Below are positions 1-11,700 of a DNA stretch of 64,000 nt, in pieces. A model generated the notes under the pieces. That model made no database searches, was not told where the DNA came from, and saw only the letters and a program-made list of their open reading frames with translations. Numbering within the stretch: position 1 is the stretch's first letter; every line of letters starts with the position of its first letter. Both the position numbers and the translations under genes were made by a program. The DNA is taken from NCBI RefSeq assembly GCF_902459465.1, contig NC_047068.1, positions 6,510,001 through 6,574,000 of the forward strand, given 5' to 3'. The stretch is from Asterias rubens. Taxonomy: Eukaryota.

Positions 1-410
1 CAAATTTAACACACGCACGTCGTAGCAATGAAAAACAAATGGCATTGTACTTGATGTTCAATCAATAAAAATCATGGGTTTTTGTTGTAGGCCTTTGCAT
101 GTTATTCGGACAGAAAAGGGGAAAATTTACATCGTTCACATTAAACACTTGGAAAAGGTTCTTGCACTGCCGTGAACGATTGGTAAATAGTCCCAGTGTA
201 TACAGACACTATCAAAAAATACTGTTTTTGACCTAAAATGACCCAAAAATTGGTCTGTTCACAAACTGTGCAGTTTTAGAGCTTAGCAACAACCAAATTC
301 GGATTCAGTACCATTGAAAACCCTTGTGCGTCAAATTTCATGCGGTCCGGAGATGGGGACCACGAAACCCCCAAAATAGGCCCCTTTTCAAAACCCATCC
401 CATGGTCTAT
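1..410. mobile_element. Probable terminus of a non-autonomous TIR element running off the left edge
   Basis: Ends in GGTCTAT (404-410), the same terminal motif as the ATAGACC...GGTCTAT hairpin at 46036-46098. It abuts and truncates a tRNA-like head at 411-450. The other end is not in the window. Confidence 0.3.
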
Positions 411-450
411 TCGGATTGGTGGCTCGGCGCTCTACCAACTGAGCTATCGA
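411..450 (-). mobile_element. 5' fragment of a tRNA-derived element (A-box half only)
   Basis: Minus strand reads GATAGCTCAGTTGGTAGAGCGCCGAGC..., a tRNA D-arm/A-box consensus. No T-arm or B-box follows. Confidence 0.45.
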
Positions 451-1543
451 TTTACATGTACACGTAGCCCTTTATTGGCAGTCTCCCTATACTTTGTCAA
501 CATCTTTGTTCGGGTGCCATTCGGAAGCCATACAATCGTTGACAGGCGACAGCCCTGGATCACAACCTTGAGGGGGATGATCTTGTCAATATTTATTTGT
601 CCAACCCCAAATCGTAAAAATTTACCCACTGAGGTTTACGCCAATTATTTCAGATCATTAAAGTCGGCTCTCGTTGTAAAGAGCACTAAAATTAAACTAA
701 ATAAAGACTTGACAACACAAATATTAAAGAATAAAAACATCTTGCTCTGCACAGTTTTGTCAACGGAAGAAGATAAAGTATTAAAAGGAGCTTAGCGACA
801 ATAATAACAACATAGTAATTTGTGACTTGAGCAGTTTCGTGAATACGGCCACATGGGCATGATGGGTCTTTAATAACGAAACGTGTGTTTCTCTTCTCTT
901 AACGGAATTCCTTCCAGCAAATCAGCTTTAGGACAAGTTTACAGCCAAAATTTAACAGAAACTTGGACTACTAAAAGAGTGGAAAGTTTATGCCAACGCA
1001 ATGGTCGCAACGCTTTTGTCTTTGAGGAGAACGATTTGTACATGATGATTAAGAGGCATTCATTGCATGATGAGGCATATATATTTGTTTATTTTGGTTT
1101 GCAACAATTCGTATATGCCCTTTTTGAGTATGTTGAGTTCTACTTCTAGGGCCTAAAAAGATAATGTTATTGAATTGGAGATGGGTCATTTTAAGAGGAT
1201 GTGACAACAGAACAGGTGGACAACCGAATAATTATGGCCACATAGAAATGAAAGAGAAGAAGAAAAAGATAAGAGAACACTGAGAGACGCACTTCAAACA
1301 CACCCAAGCACGAAAGAAAACCCGAGACAAGGACCCTAAGGGAGTGGAGGCTTCATCAAATAAATTGACGATAACAGCCTGATCTTATGCTGACGGCACT
1401 TTGAGACAAAGCATCGGGTTCAAACGGCTTCAGTTTGTAAATCAAGGTTATCTTTTCAGTGTTAAATGCAATGAGCATACAAACAATTAATATTAATTGA
1501 TATTACTAAGTCGTCATTTTCCTATAGCTTTATCAGAACTTAC

Positions 1544-1770
1544 CTTTCAATCAAGAACAGGTGCACACGAGCAGATAATATAAACTTGTGGATGTACCCT
1601 GAAATTACATATACCAAGTTCAGCAACTGTTAGTTCACAGACTTTCCTTTTATATAACAATTAAAGATTTTGTTTCATAATTCAATGTCGTACTTTGACA
1701 CACAAAGGTTTCATAACTGAACTTTTCACCCAGTCGGATGGGATACACTTCACGGTTGCTCAACCACAAA
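1544..1770 (-). other. Putative non-coding first exon of a fourth 8-TM paralogue whose coding exons lie left of the window
   Basis: Aligns by eye with 11473-11700 and keeps the perfect minus-strand donor AAG|GTAAGT (GT at 1543-1542). Boundaries other than the donor are approximate. Confidence 0.45.
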
Positions 1771-2193
1771 GAATAAACTTCAAAATAGAACATAGGTCAA
1801 ACAAAGCTTTTCCCTACACACACTGCTGTGGTCCACCGCGCCCGGTTTTTCTATAATAGAAAAACCTCAAAGCGCACAGCAGAAGCACGCGCTTCGACTA
1901 CGGCATTCCACCAACGCGAAACCCGTGTCAATGACATTAATTTCACTTCCGGTAAGGGTCACACGGGTGACATATTTTGCAAAATCACCTCCGGTTCACG
2001 TTGTCCATAAAATAAGGTAATGTGTATAACCTTGGAGGAAGAAACTCACAGCAAAAAGCTCAGACCGTGTTCGGGGTGGATTTCACACGAGTAAGGACTA
2101 TTAGTCCATTCGTATAGGAGAGTCTAAGTATATTAAGGCAGTCCTAAGTTAGGAAGGGTATCTCATCGATCCCAATTCGAGACACGCTAAGTC

Positions 2194-2555
2194 TTAAAGG
2201 AACAAGTTGCCTTGGATCGGACGAGTTGGTCTATTAAAAGCGTTTGAAACCGTTTGTTATGAAATGCATATGGTTAGAAAGATGTTTTAAAAGTAGAACA
2301 TAATGATCCACACAAATATCACTCGAAATGGCACGGTTTTCCTTTTACGTCGCGAACTATATTTTGACTCTCATAAATGGCCGACCGTGTTAGTCGACAG
2401 GGTAAAAAGAAAACCACGCAATTTCGAGGCATATTTGTGTAGATCATTGTATTCTATTTTTACAATATCTTTCTAACCATATACATTTTACAAAAAACGG
2501 TGAGAACGCTTTTCAAAGACCAACTCGACCGATCCAAGGCAACATGTTCCTCTAA
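2194..2555. mobile_element. Palindromic TTAA-flanked MITE, family B (Kolobok/T2-like)
   Basis: TTAAAGGAACAAGTTGCCTTGGATCGG...CCGATCCAAGGCAACATGTTCCTCTAA. The two halves are long inverted repeats, with a small central deletion relative to 6318-6692. Confidence 0.85.
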
Positions 2556-2581
2556 CTCTTTAATTTGTTAATATCTCCCAT

Positions 2582-3358
2582 GGGTCTAGGTTGGAAAGAC
2601 ATTGCTCTAGAATTGCAAGGGTCTAGGTTGGAAAGACATTGCTCTAGAATTGCAAGGGTCTAGGTTGGAAAGACATTGCTCTAGAATTGCAAGGGTCTAG
2701 GTTGGAAAGACATTGCTCTAGAATTGCAAGGGTCTAGGTTGGAAAGACATTGCTCTAGAATTGCAAGGGTCTAGGTTGGAAAGACACTGACCTAGAATTG
2801 CAAGGGTCTAGGTTGGAAAGACATTGCTCTAGAATTGCAAGGGTCTAGGTTGGAAAGACATTGCTCTAGAATTGCAAGGGTCTAGGTTGGAAAGACATTG
2901 CTCTAGAATTGCAAGGGTCTAGGTTGGAAAGACATTGCTCTAGAATTGCAAGGGTCTAGGTTGGAAAGACATTGCTCTAGAATTGCAAGGGTCTAGGTTG
3001 GAAAGACATTGCTCTAGAATTGCAAGGGTCTAGGTTGGAAAGACATTGCTCTAGAATTGCAAGGGTCTAGGTTGGAAAGACATTGCTCTAGAATTGCAAG
3101 GGTCTAGGTTGGAAAGACACTGACCTAGAATTGCAAGGGTCTAGGTTGGAAAGACATTGCTCTAGAATTGCAAGGGTCTAGGTTGGAAAGACATTGCTCT
3201 AGAATTGCAAGGGTCTAGGTTGGAAAGACATTGCTCTAGAATTGCAAGGGTCTAGGTTGGAAAGACATTGCTCTAGAATTGCAAGGGTCTAGGTTGGAAA
3301 GACATTGCTCTAGAATTGCAAGGGTCTAGGTTGGAAAGACATTGCTCTAGAATTGCAA
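2582..3358 (+). repeat. 37-bp tandem array, 21 units, derived from a tRNA-like SINE head
   Basis: Unit GGGTCTAGGTTGGAAAGACATTGCTCTAGAATTGCAA; 777 bp = 21 x 37. No spacers. Runs directly into the SINE T-arm at 3359. Confidence 0.97.
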
Positions 3359-3500
3359 GGAGTTTTGGGTTCGAATCCAACCCGCGAGTAATATGCCTGT
3401 GATTCACAGGAATCAAAAAAGTACGGGGTATACATTGCGAACACATCGGTGTACGAGTAAAAACAAAAATTAAATTGTTTATCCCCGATGCAAATTTAAC
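3359..3500 (+). mobile_element. 3' body of tRNA-derived SINE family 1
   Basis: B-box GGTTCGAATCC followed by ...ATGCCTGTGA...CACATCGGTGTA...ATCCCCGATGCAAATTTAAC, matching 16085-16398. Confidence 0.8.
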
Positions 3501-3989
3501 AAACTGAGATTAAGAAGTACTCAGTGGCCCGATAAGAATAGTTTGCTTCAAAAATTCGTGCTAAAACTGCTATGCGAACAATTTGCAGAGTACCACTTTT
3601 CTGTTTACTTAAAGGGCACAATTTCATTAAGTTTAATTATGCAAAAAACATTGGCTGAATAACTAGCGGCTTAGCAAAATACATAAGCAGTCATATATTA
3701 TTATCTTCTTCAGAATTTATACCGGATGAATTAAACGTCTTGGAAGGGCTTCTTATACATAATGTTTATATGAATGATGATACAGTCACATGAGATTGTA
3801 TCTGTATTTTGGCTGATTTTAGACCAGGTTGAAGGTGAACCTCCATGGTTGGTTGAATTCCATGGTTGTTGAACTCCTCTGTGCGCAACGTCCTTAAAGC
3901 TTGCTTCTTTTGGAATTGGGTCATGGTAATTTGAAACTTTGCATGGTGGAAATACGATATAGAAAGGTTTGCGGTAACACCATGTACAA

Positions 3990-4066
3990 TGAGTTGTGTT
4001 GGTTATGAAAAGAACCGCTGGTTTCAACTCGACGTTTCGAGCAGATGCTCTGATCGTGTTCTGGAG
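3990..4066 (-). mobile_element. Penelope-type terminal-repeat remnant with decayed minimal hammerhead motif
   Basis: Minus strand TTCTC-CAGAACA-C-GATCAG-AGCAT-CTGCTC-GAAACGTC-GAGTT, then GGTTCTTTTCATAACCAACAC. Homologous to 49136-49230. Confidence 0.5.
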
Positions 4067-5485
4067 AAAAAAAAAGGGTCGTGGTACTTTATTCGTAAAC
4101 TGACCAGCAACCGTGAAGTCTGCCGTCTGGCCCCTGTACGAAAGTTTTGACCATCACTTACCTCACTAGTGGGACAATTATAGGTAAAGAACTAGTTGTT
4201 AGTGATCTCCTCAGAACGAAATGAAAATGAGCTTCAACTCTGCTTCAAAACACCCCCGCCCTCACTGTGCAGTGGTCGTCTTCCTTCAAATGCCTCAACA
4301 CAAACCCGAAATGTGTATAGAGAGATAAGAGGATCGAATCCCCTCATCAATACCTGAACAAACGTGCAAAGTAACGGTGACCCAGGGTTGCTGAGGTCAC
4401 AGGACAATGGTGGAACAAAAGAACCACCGGACCATGTATGGGAGTACAGGGCGAGCACGTTGTAGAACACGTGCAAATGACCACAGTTATGTAATAAATA
4501 TTTTCGTTGTCAGGATATTGACCAAAGGTATTCGTAACCTGCGTCCTTGCCCATATAATATAGTGATTTGATCATGGATGAAGACAACAATGTACATGTG
4601 CAGGTACAGGGTTGCACCGGGGAGAAACAGCTAGTGTTCGTGACGGTTATTCAATGAAAGGGGTAGGCTTTACAATTGTAATACCGTGTTACCTCCGCAG
4701 TAGTACTGTATAAACTTCTGCATGTGGGTTGTTGAGGGTGCACCCGAACAAATACATTTTAAAATTATACTCAAAATGCCTAGTCCCACTGCTTTTTACA
4801 GCAAAAAATACATTTATTAAATGACCTTTGCACTTTAATTGTCTGTTCAATTTAATGTTCCCCCAACAAGCCAATTCGAACACCCCATGAAATTTTTCAA
4901 GCATCCGAGCATGGATCGTAGAAATATTTCTACCTCCGATAGCTATCAATCATGAAAAATGTCCGTACATCTCACAGCGAATAGGACACATTAGGGCCAA
5001 CCGCATTCAAAATACATCAAGTTATAGGTAAACATCCCCCAGGTCACAATATTTGGGCACATTTATGAATTCTCGACAAGTTATTTTTGCAACCGCGTCC
5101 CCAAAAAAGTACCAATTGCCGAAATATTGACAGAGCCGGATTATGCAAGAGTTATCGACCTTTCTCTGGATGAGAACTTTATTAGTTTACTTAAAGCAGA
5201 TTGACTCAAATATAATCTCATTTGGGATACATTTGCCCTTCTCCTCCCCCCACTCAAGCTAAAAAAAGCTCCATCCTGCCCGGTCCTCATTCAATCTACA
5301 CCTCGGGTGTTCCCCCTTCCAACCCAAAACCACGCCTCTATTCTTGTTTTCACTCTCACTGTTATGTTGAATCATAGGAGGTAGACATTCTACCTCCATG
5401 GATGAATTTACCAGTACATAAAAAAAAAACAATCTCAGATTACTGTGCTTCCCTGTGGAGGCATTTGTGTTCTCTCCTATTATCC

Positions 5486-5633
5486 TAGACTTGTGGACAA
5501 GTCGTTAATGGTCCCACGCGGTGAGACAGTCGAGTTGTGCAGTGGTCGCGCAACCAGCAGTTCGCGCGGAGAGCACCGCTGCAACTCGACTATCTCACCG
5601 CGTGGGACCATAAACGACTTGTCCACAAGTCTG
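5486..5633. mobile_element. 148-bp palindromic MITE with 9-bp TSD
   Basis: About 60-bp arms (TAGACTTGTGGACAAGTCGTT.../...AACGACTTGTCCACAAGTCTG) flanked by CTATTATCC at 5477-5485 and 5634-5642. Confidence 0.85.
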
Positions 5634-6317
5634 CTATTATCCATGTTTTTAACATTTTCCAAGATACTTTGTGCTAAAAATATCCTTTCGTAGTACCCCG
5701 CTGGCAACCTTATAATCTTTCCCTTTTTTGTTTTGTCCCACATAGAGTCCTTGCTCTATGGTCTCCATAGGCATCATGAATGAGCACCAAAACCTTGTGC
5801 AAGATAGGAAAGCCATGATGAAAAATCAATTCGAACGATATTCAAAATGTCAAATTGTGTAACATCAATTTTTGTGACCACAGGGTCCAAATTCCAATCT
5901 TGATTGTCGCGTGATTAACTTTTATTGTCTTGTCTATACACAGATGATTACAATGTTCAATTCAAATAAAGATTATAAAATAATTAGTGACCACAATGTT
6001 CCAGTATGGATTGAAATGAATTAGTTATTAACCAATGAAATGAGACGGTGTAATTTAGCAGTTGAAATGGCCACACTGGGGATTCGATGTGACTGTAGTG
6101 TTTGTAAAGGGACTATGCCAAAGTTCATCCGATTTGAGGTTTATAGGATACACAATATCTTTCTTTGGCGTTTGACGAAAAAAAAACTTGAAATTTTAGA
6201 GAACTGTAAATAACTGTGGGAAGTAGCATTCAGTGGAGTGACTCGAGGGGCACGTGGAGGGTACGGGTGGGGGGGGGGTCACGGAATTCAATTGGGCACG
6301 TTTTCCCCTATATATTA

Positions 6318-6692
6318 TTAAAGGAACACGTTGCCTTGGATCGGTCGAGTTGGTCTATAAAAAGCGTTTGTAACCGTTTGTTATAAAATGCATATGATTG
6401 GAAAGATATTTTAAAAGTAGAATACAAATTTGCCTCGAAATTGCGTGGTTTTCCTGTTACTTTGTAAACTAACACGGTCGGCCATTATGTGAGTCGACAT
6501 TTTGACTCCACCAAATGGTCGATCGTGTTTGTTCGCGACGTAAAGACAAACCGTGCAATTTGGAGGCATGTTTGTGTGGATCATTGTATTCTACTTTTAC
6601 AACATCTTTTTACCATAAGCATTTTATAACAAACGGTTACGATTGCTTTTCAAAGCCCAACTCAACCGATCCAAGGAAACGTGTCCCTTTAA
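6318..6692. mobile_element. Palindromic TTAA-flanked MITE, family B, full length
   Basis: TTAAAGGAACACGTTGCCTTGGATCGG...CCGATCCAAGGAAACGTGTCCCTTTAA, with TTAA at both ends. Confidence 0.88.
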
Positions 6693-7903
6693 ATGCTCCA
6701 CCCCAATATAAATTTGGACAAGGTGTTAAAAATTATAAGAGTCATGTTACTTTTTTGATAAGCGTTATGGTTATTTCAATGTTTTTAAAACTATTTTTCT
6801 ATGTGAACACAAACAATGTCGTAAATGACGCGGAAAGAGCATAAAAGGGCGTGACATAAAATTAACACGCATGTAGTTCCAAATAGGCCGGGCACACCCT
6901 AGATGAGTGCATCCATTATCCCCTTAAATGTTACGGTGGCACTTTGTGTGTTCTATGAGAGTTTTATACACATATCATTTTGGAAGACTTTTGTTTTTGC
7001 GTTTCATATGACCTTCAAACGATTTTTGTTTTTAGGAAATGCATACTTTAGAGAGAGGGGCTGGACGCTTGACCCGCCCCTTTTCAGAACACCAGACCCC
7101 AGGCCCATGTAGTAACCAAATTGCAACCCAAAGCATCATCAACCAGGAAGGTATATAATTATTGTATTTCCTGCATCAGCTGTTCATTCTAATGTAAAAT
7201 TAATAACAACATAGAAAAGAGAAAAAACCGTCAGTATTAATTTATACATTAAGTTTAATTATAAAATATATGTGAAATGTTACACACAAACAAATTCTTA
7301 ATTTTTGTTAATTAAAGTATCGACAAATTTACAAAAGCTTGAATATTTTTAACTGAAGTGAAAATTATTAGATTAGCAATTCATCAAGCCGCCATCTTAG
7401 AGGCGAAACAATGCTTCAGTCAATAAACGTTTGCTTATGATGACACACGCTCAAACACGCCCCCACGAGGGAAAATAAACTGCCGCAATCACTGAGGTAA
7501 ATGTATACAAAATTAATGTATATGCAAATCATTGGACGAAAGCTGTACTTTTTGCGTAAAAGGGCGTGCTAGACATACATGTAGCTTTTTGCGTAAAGCG
7601 AGGAATCTATGGTGATTCATGGAAAAGACAATGAAAACGTTTACGCACAGCACACATCATCGGCCAATAAACAACCATTGGTCTAGAGGGCGCCCTACTC
7701 AAATGACGTCATGGGCATAGGTCGACTGAAACCAATCGTAAGATTTCAAGGTCTAAAACTTATTACAAATTTTAACGCATTTTTGTGTATCTTTCAAGTT
7801 GGTACCTTTTCAAATAGATACAGGTTATTGTTAATAATACAAAGTTTTGTATAAGCAAAAAATCGTTTTTAAAAGTCTTTTTTTCATTCTCCATACTTAT
7901 TGT

Positions 7904-10435
7904 CTAAGCCAAAGCAAGCTCCATTTTGGACTCTGATGACACTTTGTTTGTGTAAAGTGGCCTCTTACAACAGCGCCACATGCTAAGTCCGATCTTTAAA
8001 ACAAACAGCACCGCTGCTAAGGAAATGAGCACGGCTGAGTAGATGGAGTTTCGCTGCTCTGGGTCCCAGTTCCTCGCAATGCTGCCGCTGAGGGCGAAGA
8101 TGACCACCACCCAGACACTGTAGGTGTAGCGGAGGTACTTATCCCAGACGATGTTCTCAAGGACCGAGTAAATAAGCACCTCTACAAGAAGGATTGAGAG
8201 GCTGATTGTGCAGGCTACAGACTGTTCCAAGTCTCCCCAGTACGTCATCACGATGGTGAGGTTCAACAGAGTGGCGATGGTGACCCACGTGGCATAAAAG
8301 GCGAGACCATTCTGGACGATGGCCCGAACAAGGAACAAGTCACACCTGAGTGGAGACAAAACAATGTTGTTAAAGTAATACCAATTTGATTTATATTTGT
8401 GCATGACCTAACAAAGGCAGTCAGGCTTGATCGGGTTTTGCTCGAACCGAGCTTGACCTGTTCCCGGTGAACCTCTTCTCCGCAACTGACTCCATAGCCT
8501 ACTCATTTACAGTTTACTCCGAAAAACTAGATTGCTGGGACTGGCCAAATTACGTTTTTATAACACAAAGCAGAAATGAGATTCGGGACCTGAAAATGCA
8601 CACTTTATAAGCAGAACCTCTTTATATCAGGAATTTGGTTATAAGAGGACAGCAAAACAAAGAAGCACTAAGCAGAAATGAGATTTGGGACTTTAGAATG
8701 TACTCATTTTAAGCAGAACCTCTAATCATAACAGTGCTTTTCATATAAGGATGGTTGACTGTGCTTACTTGGCGTTACACGCAAAATACTAACACAAGTT
8801 TTAAATTGGTGACAAATTATCCTATTGTACGAGAATTTAATGAGCCATTAGTTACAATGTATTATCCGTTAATTCTAGTAGTAAGTATACTATTCTGAGT
8901 AAATGAGGCGTGTATGTATGTTGCCAAGCGTAAAGAGTACCGATCGTAACCATGCCAACTATTTTTTCCCGAGCAAACAGTGGTACCAACACAAACATTT
9001 GACAAGCCTTTACACTAGAAAACATAAAATTAATCACAGGTAAAGCACTTGGTGAGCTTTCTCCAGCAGCAGTTACCGGATTGCTTAAAATATGGGCTGC
9101 GCCAAAACAAATTGTGGGCAAACTTAATAGTTGTCTGTAGGCGTATTGAGTTCTGTCAAAACAGTATAACTGTACTTCAATGTCAAACATTGAACACATA
9201 TATTTGTTTAAACCGTGGCTAAATATATACGGAGCAATGAAAGAACAAAGATCCAATGACGACGAGCACAAAGTTGTCATCAAAGGTCTGGGTGGCTCTT
9301 TGGGGATACCACACTATGTTAAACACAGAAATGCCACAAAACTGGCGGGACTTACTTGTGACTGTGTTTCATGCTGAAGCCATTTTGATCAACTTTACGA
9401 TGGTTGATAAAGAGCATTATCCACAGGGTGGTCGGCAACAAGGAACTGACTACAACGGCAATCGCCATGTGTTGTCGATCAAACAGGAACAACCACGTAA
9501 CGTTGAGAGCGAGGTTGAATGCGTACATAACCAGCATGACGGGTGTGATGAGAACGTGGTTGCGGTAGACTGGTCCCTTCGCGTTCCTTCTACACAGTGA
9601 CGTCAGAACGTAAAGAAGAAACAGGGCTTGGTAGGTGTAGATGAAAGCCCATATGGTGAATGTCCAGCCAGCGGGAGTTATCTCTATGTAATAGTAATCG
9701 GAGATGTCTCCGGTGCTGTTGAGGAACCAACCTGTAAACGGGGACCAGGGAGAAAGATGTCGACCATTAATAAAACTTATTAAACAAGATACATCGAAAG
9801 GTTGCATTACTTTTTTAGGCAGAAAACAGCGTCCTCAGTATCAGCTCGATATCTATTCCTGTGCGGGTGGTATCTAGTTTGCATCGATCGAAATAAGCCG
9901 AATTAAAAGCCATATTTTCAACGAATACATACTTTCTTAAATTGTGGAGCTAGCAGTTTCACTAACCTTCACTGACCTTCATCGTCACATTGGTCATGAT
10001 TATTGGACTTAACCGGCTGTGGCCGTGTATTGGCTATACGGACCACCAAGACTGAAAACGGGCCGGGCAAAGCTGTCTTCAGTCGTAGCGATTCCAACAG
10101 TCAGAGCCAGTAGAGCACTTTACATCTAGTTTTTGTTCATCACAGTTGTTGTGCTTCTTCTTCTTTGTTATTTTCAATAGCTTCTTTTTGGATTTAAGGC
10201 ACTGTTGGGCACGTTTTGTAATTGTTACCAAGTACTATTCTATGCTAACAAATTGTTTGAGTAATTACCAATAGTGCCCAGTGCCTTTAAAAGTGATTAT
10301 AAAGAGTTACTGTATCATACCTAGTGAAGAGCCACCAATACCAGCCAAGGCATTGATCAATAAGCAGAAAATGAATTCAAGCATAACTAGCACGGCGAGA
10401 CAGATGAACATGACATCATGCTTCTTGGTTCCCAT
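7904..10435 (-). CDS. Uncharacterised ~8-TM membrane protein, paralogue A, 310 aa (TspO-like / si:ch211-161h7.5-like family)
   Basis: Coding exons 10435-10321, 9731-9356 and 8345-7904 (933 nt), all GT-AG, phases 1 and 2 consistent. Protein MGTKKHDVMFICL...ITPAGWTFTIWAFIY...QNGLAFYATWVTIATLLN...KMELALA*. About eight hydrophobic segments. Family resemblance is from recall. Confidence 0.9.
10194..10290. mobile_element. Internally deleted ~97-bp TTAA MITE (family A) in the first coding intron of paralogue A
   Basis: TTAAGGCACTG...TTACCAATAGTGCCCAGTGCCTTTAA. Paralogue C has a single TTAA at the equivalent position (24458-24461). Confidence 0.75.
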
Positions 10436-11472
10436 GGTGATAACTTGAATCTGAATCAACACACCTGAGAAGAAATAACGTTTTTGTAAAAATACATCAA
10501 TGCTTACAAATCTATCTCTGAATGTAAAGGTGTTACTAGTTTGGCTTGACTTCATAGAGTTACTTTATATTGCAGTCACTGCAACAAATCTGCATGGGTT
10601 CCAGAGAGAAGCACTGCCAGCTATAAGAGGGATGGAGCTTCAAATTTCTCTCTCTGACAATACAACAACTGATAAGATGATGACAGCTTAGTCACAGAAC
10701 CAAAATGGAATTTTGCAACCAACACTCTCCGGACAGCAGCAATGTTTTTAGGAGAGAAGGCCTACACAAGTTGAAGAGTCAAGATTCAATATAGGAGGGT
10801 CATAGATTAATTGTACCACCGATGTGAACCATTCATGTATACATAGGTTCTTCTAAAGCCATCTAAAATATTGGCTCTCGGGTGAAGGTATAGCGGCTGC
10901 AACGCGACTGTGTTCTATGTGACCGGAAAAGATAAAGGAATAAAATGGAGATGGGTAGGGCACTTATCAAGATGACATGGCAACAGATGGACCAAGAGAT
11001 TTACTGAACGGCAACCTAGAAATGGAAAGAAGAAAGAAGTGGAAGACAGAAGAGAAGATGTGGTGACGGCTGCATTAGACCGAGTTATATGGCCGGAAGA
11101 GATACAAGAAATGGAATGGAGATGTGCAAGACACTTAATCAAGAAGGCATGACAACAGGTGGAGAAAGAAAGAAAGAAGAAGAGCGGAAGACAGAAGAAA
11201 ATATGGACAGACGAACTCCAAATATATACAAGCACGGCAACTTGGACTATTCCTAGCAAGGCCGTCTAAACGGAAAAGAGAATGGAGTGCTTCGTCAAAC
11301 TGTTGACGACAGCATGATGACGATGATATTGTGAGTTTGTAAAAAAGCATCAAGTTCAAACTCTTTAGATCAAGTAGTCTTTAATCAGTTAGGACTTAAT
11401 GCAACGTGTTAAAACAAAGATTATCTTAGTCGAAATTGTTTTAAAAACCGTCAGTTTTCGAAAAGAACTTAC

Positions 11473-11700
11473 CTTTATAAGATAGGCTGCACACGTGAGC
11501 AGTATACTTTTGGATATACCCTGAAATTACATTAAACAAAATCCAGCAATGGTAAGTTCAAGGCCATTTAATTTCCTTTACGTAAAAATTGAAAGGGTTC
11601 CGTTTCATAATTCAATGTCGTACTTTGGCACACAAAGGTTCCGTAACTGAACTTTTTTTTAGTTCAGTGGGACATTTTCTCAACCACAAAAAAATTGAAC
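11473..11700 (-). other. Putative non-coding 5' exon / promoter block of paralogue A
   Basis: Perfect donor AAG|GTAAGT (GT at 11472-11471). The ATG exon has its own acceptor (exon start 10464), so an upstream exon is required. The block is conserved with 1544-1770. Confidence 0.5.

Noticed and set aside
340-795. 151-aa ORF as a gene
   Set aside because: It spans a TIR-element end and a tRNA-like fragment; no recognisable motif or splice context.
2582-3358. CRISPR array (37-bp repeats)
   Set aside because: Units are contiguous with no spacers, there are no cas genes, the context is a spliced eukaryotic genome, and the unit derives from a SINE head.
8852-9283. 143-aa minus-strand ORF in the last intron of paralogue A as an extra exon or nested gene
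   Set aside because: No counterpart in B or C, no recognisable homology, and the three-exon model is already complete and in phase.
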